IMG/VR virus record: IMGVR_UViG_2706795722_000001
Coordinates: 1-64,000 of that record
Source: a virus
Lineage: Duplodnaviria > Caudoviricetes
Length of the DNA stretch: 64,000 nucleotides
Direction: 5' to 3' (one strand)
Shown: piece by piece, positions 1 through 9,465 of the stretch
How the letters are laid out: each line of letters opens with the position of its first letter
How positions within the stretch are numbered: position 1 is the first letter of the stretch
Translations under genes and position numbers: made by a program
Notes under the pieces: model-generated
What the model saw: only the letters and a program-made list of their open reading frames with translations
Databases searched by the model: none
What the model was told of the DNA's origin: nothing

Positions 1-1
1 G

Positions 2-1402
2 CACCCAGGACGCCGGTACGATCTGTATTGGGAGGATCCTTACAAATACGCAGCCCACATGCGAGAGTTGGGCGAGTGTCAGGCATATTTCACTTACACG
101 AACCTTCATTTCAAGCGCATGGACGCCCGTGCGTTCATGCGGCAGAACTTTCATGGTATGCCGTGGAAGTGCTACATCGCCGCAAAGAACTTCACGTACC
201 TGATCGACTATACGTGCGGCCCCGAGGAGCACCGAGGGTCGTGGCCCAATTGGAATGCGCCGCGATACGATCTCGAAGACCTGCAGGACCTGATCCTCAA
301 CCCCTGGGTGGACCGAAAGGTTAATCCTGATGCTCCCTGGTATGAGCATCCGGTACACGGACAACCTCATAGGGTCTTTATTGAGGCTTTGGGGTCCGGT
401 GCAACCGAGTTTGAGCGCAATCGTAGGCGCAGAATCGCCAAGATTCAGCGTCTTTTCCCCGAGGTTGAACTGTTTATCAGGGCTAAAACCTTCAATATTC
501 CGTTCATGTTCGGGTGTGGATTCAGTGCAGGATGCCTCGATCCGTACCGTCATCGCGGCTTAAAGAAGGGCTGCGTGTACACTCCGTCGGGCAAAGAGGT
601 GCATCTTGAGCGCGTAGAAGAGTTCTCAGACGAAATCGAGTACATGGGATTCGATCCCTACGAGGTTCGATACGACCAAGATGTCGGTTTGCTGTACACG
701 ATGGCGTCGGTTCGGTACGCTGCTCACCATTGGGACGACCCTACGGGGCCTTTCTACAATGTTAAGGGGAAGTTCGCTTCTACGGACTTTCATAACCCTG
801 ATATGTACGCTGAGATGCCGTCATATGAGGTCATCAACAACTTCCGAGGCGAGAAGGCCAAGGATACTGACAAGATACTCTGTGATTCATGCTCGCTATG
901 GCGACTGTGTCCAGCGTACCGACCGGAGGCGGTGTGTGGATTGCCCAGTTCAGATTCTAAGAAGCTCTCTGACATGTTCAAGTCGCGCAACGCGGACGAT
1001 GTGGTCGAAGGACTCGCCGCTATCGTGAGCAAGCAGGCCGAGCGTGTCGAGTCCAAGATGGATGACGAGAAGTTCTCGTCCGGTGGGCACGACAAAGAGA
1101 TCGACAAGATGCTCAACAACCTGTTCAAGAACGGAACACAGCTGGCAAAGCTGCGCGACCCGAGTCTCGGGCGCGCCCCGCTCGTTCAGATCAACGCCAA
1201 CAGCCCGCAAGCCCTACAGGCAGGCAAGGTCTCTACCGCCGATCCCCGCGCACTGGCCGCGACGGTTATTCAGGAGATCGAAGCGACCGGCGTTAAGCGC
1301 GAAGACATCACAGAGCAGATGATCGAAGACCATCTGAACAGCTACGCCCCCAAGGCGCTCAACGGGGGCGACGTTCTCGACGCGGAGGTTGCTGATGAGT
1401 AG
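2..1402 (+). CDS. Large protein upstream of terminase (small-terminase position); 5' end lies outside the window
   Basis: The frame of ORF 59..1402 is open back to base 2 (HPGRRYDLYWEDPYKYAAHM...). It overlaps the terL start and carries a C-x2-C-x5-C-x8-C motif (CDSCSLWRLCPAYRPEAVC) and a helical C-terminus. Function is inferred from position only. Confidence 0.55.
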   Translation, partial: HPGRRYDLYWEDPYKYAAHMRELGECQAYFTYTNLHFKRMDARAFMRQNFHGMPWKCYIAAKNFTYLIDYTCGPEEHRGSWPNWNAPRYDLEDLQDLILNPWVDRKVNPDAPWYEHPVHGQPHRVFIEALGSGATEFERNRRRRIAKIQRLFPEVELFIRAKTFNIPFMFGCGFSAGCLDPYRHRGLKKGCVYTPSGKEVHLERVEEFSDEIEYMGFDPYEVRYDQDVGLLYTMASVRYAAHHWDDPTGPFYNVKGKFASTDFHNPDMYAEMPSYEVINNFRGEKAKDTDKILCDSCSLWRLCPAYRPEAVCGLPSSDSKKLSDMFKSRNADDVVEGLAAIVSKQAERVESKMDDEKFSSGGHDKEIDKMLNNLFKNGTQLAKLRDPSLGRAPLVQINANSPQALQAGKVSTADPRALAATVIQEIEATGVKREDITEQMIEDHLNSYAPKALNGGDVLDAEVADE

Positions 1403-3386
1403 TTATGCTCTCGAGGAAGCTAAGTGGCTGGCGCGAAATCCCGAGTTCCGTATGCGCCCGGCCAGTATTCAGGAGTTCGTCGGACCTGGGTATCTCAATG
1501 AGCGCAACGTACGCCCCGGAATCATGGAGGCGCTTATCGAAACCTTCGGTGACGAGGTCAATGCTTACGCGATCAGTGATAAGCGACGCGCACTGCTCAC
1601 CGGAGCTATCGGTATCGGCAAGTCTACCTACGCTGCTATCGCGCTGAGCTACATGGTTCACTGGATCAAGTGCCTCAAGAATCCGAAGGAGTTCTACAAC
1701 CTGTCGGAAGACTCGATCATCGGCTTCATGATGATGTCTACGACCGAGACGCTAGCGCGAGAAGTCATCTTCCAGAAGGTGAAGAAGCGTATCGAGAACT
1801 CGGTCTGGTTCCAGAACTGGGCTCCACTCGATGAGCAGAACAAGCGTCTTCAGAAGCAGATGCGATTCGAGGGCGACATTTGGATCGTCCCGGGCTCTTC
1901 GGAAGAGACATCCTTTGAGGGTTACGATATTCTCGGCGGGATTGTGGACGAGGGCGACTCGCACAAGGTCACAGATCGGAAGAACTACGCCGAAGCGGGC
2001 TACAATACGATTGAGTCTCGCATTGAGTCTCGATTCACCGACTTCCAGACCGGCGAGCATCGCGGACTCATCATTTGTATTGGCCAGGCCAAGGCAAAGA
2101 ACAAGTTCATGATGCCTAAGTACAAGGAGTTCTCGAACGATCCCCGCGCCGTCGCGGTTCGGATGACCATCTGGGAATCTTTCGGATGGTACAACTACAC
2201 GATGGACAAGGGTGACATCAAGCGCGGCTACGAGACCGCCGAGCGTGACAGTTTCTATTACGATATGCGCAAGCGTGTGCTTCTTTCCAAGGAAGCCGCC
2301 CAGCTTGTTATGAACAGCGACCTAATTGAGGTGCCCATGCACTACAAGGGGTCGTTCGAGCGTGATCCAGTCAAGGCCCTCCGCGACCTGGCCGGAATCC
2401 CGCCCGAGGTGGACGATCCGTTCATCTCGCGACCCGATTTCATCACAGAGAATCAGGACTTGTGGCATGAACGATACCCGCATTTCGAGTCGCCTATCGG
2501 CACTGAATCGCAGCTCAATAAGATCGTTCTTCCTCCCTGGTTTGTCCCTGACGCTCTTGGCGGTGGGAACTACCGTCGTGTCATACATGTTGACACTGCG
2601 TATAGCCCTGAAGGCGACGCCCTCGGACTTGCTATGGCTCATGTGCCCGAGAAGGTGGATCAGTACGGAGAAGAGCGGCCGATCATTGTGTTCGACTTGC
2701 TGCTCCGCATCAAGGCGACCCCTTCGGTAGAGATTAACTTCGGAGAGCTGCGCAAGTTCATCTACATGTTGCGCGACGAGCGCGGCTTCGAGATCGACAT
2801 GGTGAGCATCGACGGGTTCAACTCGTTTGATTTCATTCAGCAGCTCCGGAAGAACAAGATCAAGTCCGACTACCTCTCGGTGGACAAGACAAAGGCGCCA
2901 TACGAAGATGTGCGCGAGGCGATCAACGATAAGCGCTGCGAAATGCCTCGATACATGGTTCACTACTCCAACTCTGATACACTCACTGTGAATATCGCCT
3001 ACAAGGAGTTGTCAGAGGTCCAGGATACTGGCAAGAAGATCGACCATCCAAAGGAGGGGAGCAAGGATGTTGCTGACGCTATTACAGGATGTGTTCATAC
3101 TCTCGTATCCAATACTAAGTATGTTCGTGAGGCGCGAACGGTAGTTCGCGGAGATAGCGGTCAGGCTGTTCACAAGGCTAAGGAGTTCGTTACAGACGCT
3201 AATGAACTATTCAAGCGTGATATGTCTGGCGCTATGCAGGAGTCGATCGACGCCAACAGTCCTATCAGCTTCGACGAGTTTCAGCGTGCACAGAACGATT
3301 TCCTATCCGGCCTCACGTCACTGGAGGATCTTCACAAGGGTACGGGTATGCCTGGGTACTCGAGCGGTGAGACCCGCATCTGGTAG
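1395..3386 (+). CDS. terL: Terminase large subunit
   Basis: Walker A GAIGIGKST, Walker B GIVDE, C-terminal nuclease region (VIHVDTA...IDHP..GSKDVADA); GGAGG 6 nt before ATG 1395. Confidence 0.93.
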   Translation: MSSYALEEAKWLARNPEFRMRPASIQEFVGPGYLNERNVRPGIMEALIETFGDEVNAYAISDKRRALLTGAIGIGKSTYAAIALSYMVHWIKCLKNPKEFYNLSEDSIIGFMMMSTTETLAREVIFQKVKKRIENSVWFQNWAPLDEQNKRLQKQMRFEGDIWIVPGSSEETSFEGYDILGGIVDEGDSHKVTDRKNYAEAGYNTIESRIESRFTDFQTGEHRGLIICIGQAKAKNKFMMPKYKEFSNDPRAVAVRMTIWESFGWYNYTMDKGDIKRGYETAERDSFYYDMRKRVLLSKEAAQLVMNSDLIEVPMHYKGSFERDPVKALRDLAGIPPEVDDPFISRPDFITENQDLWHERYPHFESPIGTESQLNKIVLPPWFVPDALGGGNYRRVIHVDTAYSPEGDALGLAMAHVPEKVDQYGEERPIIVFDLLLRIKATPSVEINFGELRKFIYMLRDERGFEIDMVSIDGFNSFDFIQQLRKNKIKSDYLSVDKTKAPYEDVREAINDKRCEMPRYMVHYSNSDTLTVNIAYKELSEVQDTGKKIDHPKEGSKDVADAITGCVHTLVSNTKYVREARTVVRGDSGQAVHKAKEFVTDANELFKRDMSGAMQESIDANSPISFDEFQRAQNDFLSGLTSLEDLHKGTGMPGYSSGETRIW

Positions 3387-3404
3387 AGCCGACTAGCGGT
3401 GTGC

Positions 3405-3433
3405 TAGACACGGCGGTGTGCGTACAGTAATGT
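3405..3433 (+). promoter_or_regulatory. Candidate sigmaA-type promoter for portal/head genes
   Basis: TAGACA-N17-TAATGT in the terL-portal gap; the -10 overlaps a GTACA-GTAA-TGTAC hairpin. Confidence 0.5.
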
Positions 3434-3501
3434 ACCGCCCCAGACCTTAGTTGACAGCGTTTCGCATTTGTGCGATCCCCTGTCCGGTGATAGGAGAAGA
3501 T

Positions 3502-5220
3502 GTGACGTCAGGACTGCTAGGCCCCAATGGCCAGCCGATCGAGAGCTACAAGAAGAGCGATAAGGTGGGCAAGCCGGTAGTAGGCGATGCCTTCGCCGAC
3601 TGGGGCGGACTGAATCGCGACTTCATGCACCTCCCCGGCGGTGGCGTGATCGGCTTCGACACCTCGAAGCTGAAGATCAGCGATTTCCGACGGATGCGAG
3701 AGCATTACCAGATCGGCTCGAGTCTTCATGTCCTGACGTTCATGCTTCACCAGCTGGACTGGCACATCGAGTGTGACGACAAGAAGGTCGAGCAGTGGTG
3801 CACGTACAATCTTGAGCTGATCTGGACTCGCCTGATTCGTGCAATGAGCACCGCGTTCGCCTTCGGATTCTCGGCCAACGCTGTCGAGTGGGAGAACGAC
3901 GTTAACGAAGGCAAGCTGCGCCTCAACAAGATCAAGGACCTCGTCCCCGAAGAGTGTGAGGTTAGCTGGAAGTACGTCGATTCGGCACTCAAGACTGGAA
4001 CCCAGCAGGTGTCGGCTCCGAAGATTCCGATCTTCGACGGTATCCAGCGGCGGGGGACGAACTACAAGGTCCCCGTGGAGAACAGCCTCTGGTACCCGCT
4101 CCTCATGGAGAACGGAAACCACAGGGGTCGGCAGCTGCTGCGCACCGCCTTCCAGCCCTGGTTCTTCAGCACCTTGATCCATCTGTACCAGAACAAGTAC
4201 TTCGAGCGGTTCGGCGAGCCGGTCCCCATTGGCCGGGCGCCTTACAACGACAAGGTCACGGTAGGCGACAAGAGCGTCTACGGATACGACCTCATGGCGA
4301 CGATCTTGTCGAATATTCGTTCTCGTTCGGCGGTTGTGCTGCCTAACACTCGTTCGCGCGAGGGATTGAACGATCAGCCCGAGTTCGACTACCAGGTCGA
4401 ATACCTCGAGTCGCAGATGCGCGGCGCGGATTTCGAGCGCTACCTGACGCGCCTTGACGAGGAGATGTCCCTTGCACTGTTTACGCCCCTTCTGCTGCTG
4501 CGGACTGCCGATGGAGGCGGATTTAACCAGGGGATTGCTCACACTCAGGTGTACCTGTGGATGCTCAACGCTGTGGCAGGTGACATGGCAGAGTATATCG
4601 ACAAGTACATTCTGCGGTACATGGCAGTGTACAACTTCGGAGCCAACGCCAAGCTCCCGCGAATCCGCTTCCGCAAGCTTGGTGTAGCTCAGCAGGAAAC
4701 CATGCGAGCTGTTGTCCAGGCAATGATCGGCAAGGGCACTGTCAAGCCGAATGTCCAGGAGCTTGGTCAGCACATCGGCCTTACCCTCGAAGAGATCGAA
4801 GAGGTTACCGAGGATGAGACCGACATCAACGGTCTCGAGGAAGATGATACCGAGGACAACGGCAACAAGGACGGTCGAGTCGGTCGTGACGAGCGTCTTA
4901 AGGATCAGGACGGAATCAAGCCGGGAAGCACAACCAAGGCGATCAGCTCGCGCATCGGAGAGCAGATCACCAGGGCGTTCCGACGTGGCGATCTGACTGA
5001 TTGGAATCCCGCTCCGGGATTCCGTAGGCAACTAGTCGCGGAATTGCAGGCAAACGGCCACACGGACGCACGGGGGGCCGCATCGCGGTTTGACGCGCAC
5101 GTCATCGGCGTCCTGTCCGACGCGGCGCGGGGTATCTCGTGGAGTAACGCGGAAGAGTTCATCAAGTACGCCAATGGCGTAATCGAAGCCGAAGGAGGGC
5201 GGCTCTATGGCGCTGCCTGA
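3502..5220 (+). CDS. Portal protein (Mu gp29/DUF935-like) with C-terminal extension
   Basis: Follows terL; ERFGEPVPIGR and AVVLP...EYLE motifs typical of DUF935 portals; AGGAGA before GTG 3502. Confidence 0.88.
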   Translation: MTSGLLGPNGQPIESYKKSDKVGKPVVGDAFADWGGLNRDFMHLPGGGVIGFDTSKLKISDFRRMREHYQIGSSLHVLTFMLHQLDWHIECDDKKVEQWCTYNLELIWTRLIRAMSTAFAFGFSANAVEWENDVNEGKLRLNKIKDLVPEECEVSWKYVDSALKTGTQQVSAPKIPIFDGIQRRGTNYKVPVENSLWYPLLMENGNHRGRQLLRTAFQPWFFSTLIHLYQNKYFERFGEPVPIGRAPYNDKVTVGDKSVYGYDLMATILSNIRSRSAVVLPNTRSREGLNDQPEFDYQVEYLESQMRGADFERYLTRLDEEMSLALFTPLLLLRTADGGGFNQGIAHTQVYLWMLNAVAGDMAEYIDKYILRYMAVYNFGANAKLPRIRFRKLGVAQQETMRAVVQAMIGKGTVKPNVQELGQHIGLTLEEIEEVTEDETDINGLEEDDTEDNGNKDGRVGRDERLKDQDGIKPGSTTKAISSRIGEQITRAFRRGDLTDWNPAPGFRRQLVAELQANGHTDARGAASRFDAHVIGVLSDAARGISWSNAEEFIKYANGVIEAEGGRLYGAA

Positions 5221-5632
5221 GATCACCACAAACCCCGAGAGGTACGGCACCGTCACTTGGATGGGTCTTGTCTCGCGCATCGACACGGTCGCTGATCCGG
5301 ACGATCTCCCCGACAAGTCGCCCATTGAAGGTGTCATCATCTTCAAGCCGAGCTCGCCCTCTATCGCGTACCCGACAGCTGTGCCCAAGTACACCAGCCT
5401 GTTGTTCAATCGGCAGGTGCCTCTCGCCGACGCGCAGATCACTGAGCAGGATCGCAAGTTCATCAAGCTCGAGGCCTGTGTGCCGGGGATGCTCCCGGCC
5501 ATCCTCACCTGGACGGCGAGCTTCTCGATCGGATTCAACGGAGTGATTGTCAGGATTCCTGACGTTCAGTTCACTCTTGAGCCCGGCCAGGCTATTGACC
5601 TGACGGACTTGATTAGTATGCCTAGTGCATAG
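5207..5632 (+). CDS. Small virion-type protein resembling the N-terminal module of actinophage minor tail proteins
   Basis: YGTV...DTVADPDDLPDKSPIEGVIIFKP pattern; GGAGG RBS; overlaps the portal stop. Confidence 0.55.
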   Translation: MALPEITTNPERYGTVTWMGLVSRIDTVADPDDLPDKSPIEGVIIFKPSSPSIAYPTAVPKYTSLLFNRQVPLADAQITEQDRKFIKLEACVPGMLPAILTWTASFSIGFNGVIVRIPDVQFTLEPGQAIDLTDLISMPSA

Positions 5633-5655
5633 ACCTACGACAAGAAATTGGTGCA

Positions 5656-5964
5656 ATGAAACCAGATGACAGTAAGTACCCACTGAGGTGCACTTGTCCC
5701 ACATCTCCACTACTCGCCTATTACGGGCGCAACGAGCGTGGTCGAGCCTATGTGCATGTGGCCTCGTTCAAGAACAAGCAGCCTCTCTCGCAGGTGTACA
5801 CTACTGATCCTGTGTCAATCTGGTGTCGCGTGTGCGGCACATGGTGGAACATCTTCGTCAAGAACGAGAAGCTGACTGCCGAGGAGCGCATGAGCGCGCC
5901 GCCGGTTCCGGAGCAAAAATCCAAATCGCGGGTATTGCTGGACAATCCTGCGGACGACCAGTAA
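5656..5964 (+). CDS. Zinc-ribbon protein (Mu Com-like)
   Basis: LRCTC...WCRVCGTWW with two Cys pairs, 102 aa, in the head gene cluster. Confidence 0.55.
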   Translation: MKPDDSKYPLRCTCPTSPLLAYYGRNERGRAYVHVASFKNKQPLSQVYTTDPVSIWCRVCGTWWNIFVKNEKLTAEERMSAPPVPEQKSKSRVLLDNPADDQ

Positions 5965-5967
5965 GGT
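5939..5967 (+). promoter_or_regulatory. Candidate promoter for the protease/capsid operon (very short leader)
   Basis: TGGACA-N17-TAAGGT ending 12 nt before ATG 5979, which lacks an SD. Confidence 0.45.
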
Positions 5968-5978
5968 ACGGTTTCATT

Positions 5979-7187
5979 ATGACGACGAACGCGACGCTAT
6001 CGGACGCGCAGAGGCGCAACTGTGTCTTCATGCGTGATCTCGGCGCTCCCGTCAAGGCGTACGAGAAGCAGGTGAAGAACGAGGCGGGAGAAGAGGTCAA
6101 CGCCCTCATCATCGAGGGCAAGGCAATCTTCCGTTCCGGAACCTTCGCTGACTCGGAAGGCTACGAGCACACCTGGGAGTCGCTCCACATCAACCAGATG
6201 GTGGATCATGACGCTCTGCTCCGTGGTCGAGGAATTTTCGAGGACATTCCCGTTCGCAAGGGCCACCCTGACTGGGGTGGCATCTTCAGCGGCCCGAACC
6301 GAAACGCAATGGACGAGCTCATCGGCTACATGAGCAACCTGCGAGCCGAGGATCGGAAGAACCCCGCGGACGGTAATACCTACACCTACTTGTTGGCCGA
6401 CCTCGAAATCCTCGAGGAGACGGCGATCAAGAACATCAAGTCCGGTCTGTGGCGGAATGTCTCCGCCGAGATCAGCACATACGTCACCAACGGTAACGCT
6501 GAGTACTGGCCCGTGATGTACGGAGTGGCCTACGTAGACATTCCGGCAGTCGAGGGCCTCAAGTCGCAGCATTCCAAGGCGGCGAGCCAATTCAGTATCA
6601 TCCTGGAGGAAGATATGACCCAGAAGAACAACGGCCCCGAGGCTCCGAGCGTGGACAACGACAAGGGTACCGGCACGCCGGAGAACACCCCGACTCGTCC
6701 GCAGGCCCCCGAGAAGCCCGAGAACCAGTTCAGCATCGGCGGCAAGAAGACCGCCGACTTCGCTGCGGTCCAGGCGCACATCGACGGCCTCGAGCAGCGC
6801 AACAAGGATCTCGAGCAGTTCCGCGTCGAGTCGATCGAGGCGGGCAAGGCCGACTTCGTGAAGTCGCTGGTCTCGACCAACAAGATCCCGGCCACCAGCG
6901 AGGAGGCGTACCTCAACTACGCCAAGTCGCTGGACGACAAGCAGTACTCGGCGTGGAAGGGTCTCGAGGAGGCCAAGCCCGCGATGTCGATCACCGCACC
7001 GCAGGGTGCGGGCTTCGCGCAGAGCCACGAGCAGGTCACCGAGGTCGATGCCAAGGACGCCCGAGTCGACGTCCTCAAGGGCATCGTCTCGCAGCACCAG
7101 CTCGGCGGCAAGATGAAGGCCGAGTCCATCAAGGAGACGGCTTCGTACAAGGAGCTCATCTCCCTCGACCCGTCGTTCACCCTGTAG
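5979..7187 (+). CDS. Capsid maturation protease fused to scaffold
   Basis: N-terminal protease-like domain (PVRKGHP...VSAEI...GVAYVDIPAVEGL) followed by a charged helical scaffold region; directly upstream of decoration and capsid genes. Confidence 0.8.
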   Translation: MTTNATLSDAQRRNCVFMRDLGAPVKAYEKQVKNEAGEEVNALIIEGKAIFRSGTFADSEGYEHTWESLHINQMVDHDALLRGRGIFEDIPVRKGHPDWGGIFSGPNRNAMDELIGYMSNLRAEDRKNPADGNTYTYLLADLEILEETAIKNIKSGLWRNVSAEISTYVTNGNAEYWPVMYGVAYVDIPAVEGLKSQHSKAASQFSIILEEDMTQKNNGPEAPSVDNDKGTGTPENTPTRPQAPEKPENQFSIGGKKTADFAAVQAHIDGLEQRNKDLEQFRVESIEAGKADFVKSLVSTNKIPATSEEAYLNYAKSLDDKQYSAWKGLEEAKPAMSITAPQGAGFAQSHEQVTEVDAKDARVDVLKGIVSQHQLGGKMKAESIKETASYKELISLDPSFTL

Positions 7188-7220
7188 GGCTGAGCACACA
7201 ACGAGAAGGAAGAAATAACA

Positions 7221-7667
7221 ATGGCTGATTTCGTGTCGGATCGCGAGGATTACGCGGTCCACGGTAAGCGGAACATCCTCCGGAGTGCTCAGCCCGGTTC
7301 GTACACCGTCGTCTCCAAGACGGTCTCGAGCGCTGCGTTCCCGGTGGAGGTCGTCGACGGTCACGACCAGAAGATCCTCCAGGAGGGCGACGTTCTCGTC
7401 GCCCTGGCCACCGGCCCGAACGCGGGCAAGGTCGTCCCGTTCCAGGTCGGAGTGGCCGAGGACCTGGCCACCCTGGTCGGCGTGACCAAGGACTACTTCG
7501 GCTGGGAGCTCAACGAGCGCGACGTGGAGGCGGGTGTCCTCGTTCGCGGCCAGCTGGTCCAGGCCTGGTGCTCCATCCGTGACGCGGATGGCAACCGAGT
7601 CGCCGTGACCAACGCCGTTGCCGACGCTCTGCGCGGCAAGAAGAACCTCGACATCCTCTTCTTCTAA
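7221..7667 (+). CDS. Capsid decoration protein (lambda gpD-like position)
   Basis: 148 aa between scaffold and MCP; extreme GC3 bias typical of abundant virion proteins. Confidence 0.7.
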   Translation: MADFVSDREDYAVHGKRNILRSAQPGSYTVVSKTVSSAAFPVEVVDGHDQKILQEGDVLVALATGPNAGKVVPFQVGVAEDLATLVGVTKDYFGWELNERDVEAGVLVRGQLVQAWCSIRDADGNRVAVTNAVADALRGKKNLDILFF

Positions 7668-7680
7668 GGAGCAAGAAGCA

Positions 7681-8886
7681 ATGACCATCTCGAATGCGCT
7701 GGCGCTTTTCAACAAGCCCCAGGCCCCTTCCCAGTTCGGCGCCCAGCCGCTGGACAAGCTGATCCGCAAGGAAGTCTCGCTCGGCGTCATCCGTGAGATC
7801 GTGAAGCCTGAGGACCACATCGGCCTCAACCTCTTCCCGTTCCACGAGGTGCCCTCGGACGACTACATCTTCTCGTACGTCAAGGGTCTGACGACCGGCC
7901 TGGCCCCGGCCATCGCCGAGTCGGCTGAGTCCGAGCTGGCCCAGAAGGACAGCGGTCTGGCGAACACCGGTCGCGCGTCGCTGATCGACTGGCGCCTGAA
8001 GGACCACTACGACGCCGCCGACGTGCAGCGCTTCCTGGACCTGCAGCTGCTCGCCGAGGCGAACCAGTTCGGTCCGTACGGCCTGCCCAACACCCTCATG
8101 GGTGACGTGAACCAGCTCCCGCAGCGGATCGCGCGTGACACCGCCGAGCGTCGGCGTCGTCTCGACAACCGGCTCGAGTGGCTGACGATGCAGTCGCTCT
8201 CGAACGGTGGCATCGCCTACAACGACGGGAACATCAAGTTCTCCGTCGACTGGAAGCGGCCCGTGGATCAGCAGGCGCAGGCCCCCGCTTCGGGCTCCTA
8301 CGCCTCGACCACTCACGATCCGATCGGCGACATCAACAAGATCAAGCGCCTGATCTACAACCGCTACGGCATCGTCATCACTCGCGCGCTGTGCTCGAAC
8401 AAGTTCCTGCTCAGCCTGGTGAACTCCGACAAGTTCATCCTGCGGGCAGGCCTCGGCACCGCAGCGAACTCGGGTCTGACCAGCTCGGACATCCCCTACC
8501 TGCTCAACAGCTGGGGTCCGCAGGTCGCCATCGACGCCGTCCAGGCGCAGACCGGCGTCACCTTCATCGAGTACGACTCGGGCTACCGCACCAAGCCGGA
8601 CTTCGCTCAGGGGCCGGTGTCGTTCCAGCGGTACACGCCGGAGAACCGGGTGATCTTCCTGCCCGACGACAACGCGATGTCCGAGTACGACTCGAGCCCC
8701 ATCGGCCTCGGCAAGATGCTCACCAGCCCGCACTCGATGGGCAACGGCGCGGCTGGCTTCTACGACTGGGAGCAGGACACCACCGATCCCTGGGGCAAGA
8801 ACATCGGCACGGGCATCAAGGCCTTCCCCTTGTTCCCGCACATGGAGCTGACGTACACGATGGACGTCACGCTCCCGGCTGACTAG
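7681..8886 (+). CDS. Major capsid protein (lambda gpE-like family)
   Basis: AAGGAG before ATG 7681; 401 aa; LDNRLEWLTMQSL motif; position and codon bias. Confidence 0.88.
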   Translation: MTISNALALFNKPQAPSQFGAQPLDKLIRKEVSLGVIREIVKPEDHIGLNLFPFHEVPSDDYIFSYVKGLTTGLAPAIAESAESELAQKDSGLANTGRASLIDWRLKDHYDAADVQRFLDLQLLAEANQFGPYGLPNTLMGDVNQLPQRIARDTAERRRRLDNRLEWLTMQSLSNGGIAYNDGNIKFSVDWKRPVDQQAQAPASGSYASTTHDPIGDINKIKRLIYNRYGIVITRALCSNKFLLSLVNSDKFILRAGLGTAANSGLTSSDIPYLLNSWGPQVAIDAVQAQTGVTFIEYDSGYRTKPDFAQGPVSFQRYTPENRVIFLPDDNAMSEYDSSPIGLGKMLTSPHSMGNGAAGFYDWEQDTTDPWGKNIGTGIKAFPLFPHMELTYTMDVTLPAD

Positions 8887-8897
8887 GAGGTCAGATC

Positions 8898-9089
8898 ATG
8901 GGCAAGAGCACCGTCGTTCTCAAGAAGAAGGGCGCTCGCGGTGGCGTGAATCCCGGTACTGCCGGGGCGAACGCCGGGCGACTGCCGTACGGCGCGGTCA
9001 CGGGCGGTCAGTCCGGGGCCGATCCGGTCGCGACCGTGGCCGCGATGCAGAAGAAGAACCGTCGAGCCGTCGGCTACGGCGACCACTGA
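8898..9089 (+). CDS. Small basic Gly-rich protein
   Basis: AGGAGG RBS, strong GC3 bias, 63 aa. Confidence 0.7.
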   Translation: MGKSTVVLKKKGARGGVNPGTAGANAGRLPYGAVTGGQSGADPVATVAAMQKKNRRAVGYGDH

Positions 9090-9095
9090 TCGAGC

Positions 9096-9138
9096 ACGCC
9101 CCGTCTGAGTATGCTTCCCCGATACTCAGCCGGGGCGT
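9096..9138 (+). terminator. Stem-loop after the capsid genes
   Basis: ACGCCCCG/CGGGGCGT outer and CTGAGTAT/ATACTCAG inner complementary arms in the intergenic gap. Confidence 0.6.
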
Positions 9139-9165
9139 AGTTCGATGAGAATGAGGAGAAGGAAA

Positions 9166-9459
9166 ATGGCAGACGAAGTCAAGAACGGCGAGTCCGTCGG
9201 TCGTCCCAACGCTCCGGAGCCCGCGAACAAGACGGATCGCGTCGTGTTCTCGGACAAGGAGAAGGACGACTACGCACGCTTCGGCTCGACCCCCGAGCCC
9301 GAGGCTGCGAGCCCGGTGTACGAGCCGAGCGAGCAGAACGAGAAGGGTGACGAGGGCGACAGCGATCTCGACAACCCCGGCGAGCGCGGCAAGGAGGCCT
9401 CGCAGCCCGTCCCGACCGGTCAGCCGAAGCCGACCACCCCCTCGACCCCGAAGGCTTGA
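9166..9459 (+). CDS. Acidic/Pro-rich low-complexity hypothetical protein
   Basis: AGGAGAAGG RBS before ATG 9166; GC3 bias. Confidence 0.7.
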   Translation: MADEVKNGESVGRPNAPEPANKTDRVVFSDKEKDDYARFGSTPEPEAASPVYEPSEQNEKGDEGDSDLDNPGERGKEASQPVPTGQPKPTTPSTPKA

Positions 9460-9465
9460 TACAAG

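Noticed and set aside
1395-3386. Intein or intron in terL or the helicase
   Set aside because: Lengths are ordinary for these families and no C/S...HN-C/S/T splice junction or LAGLIDADG motif was seen.
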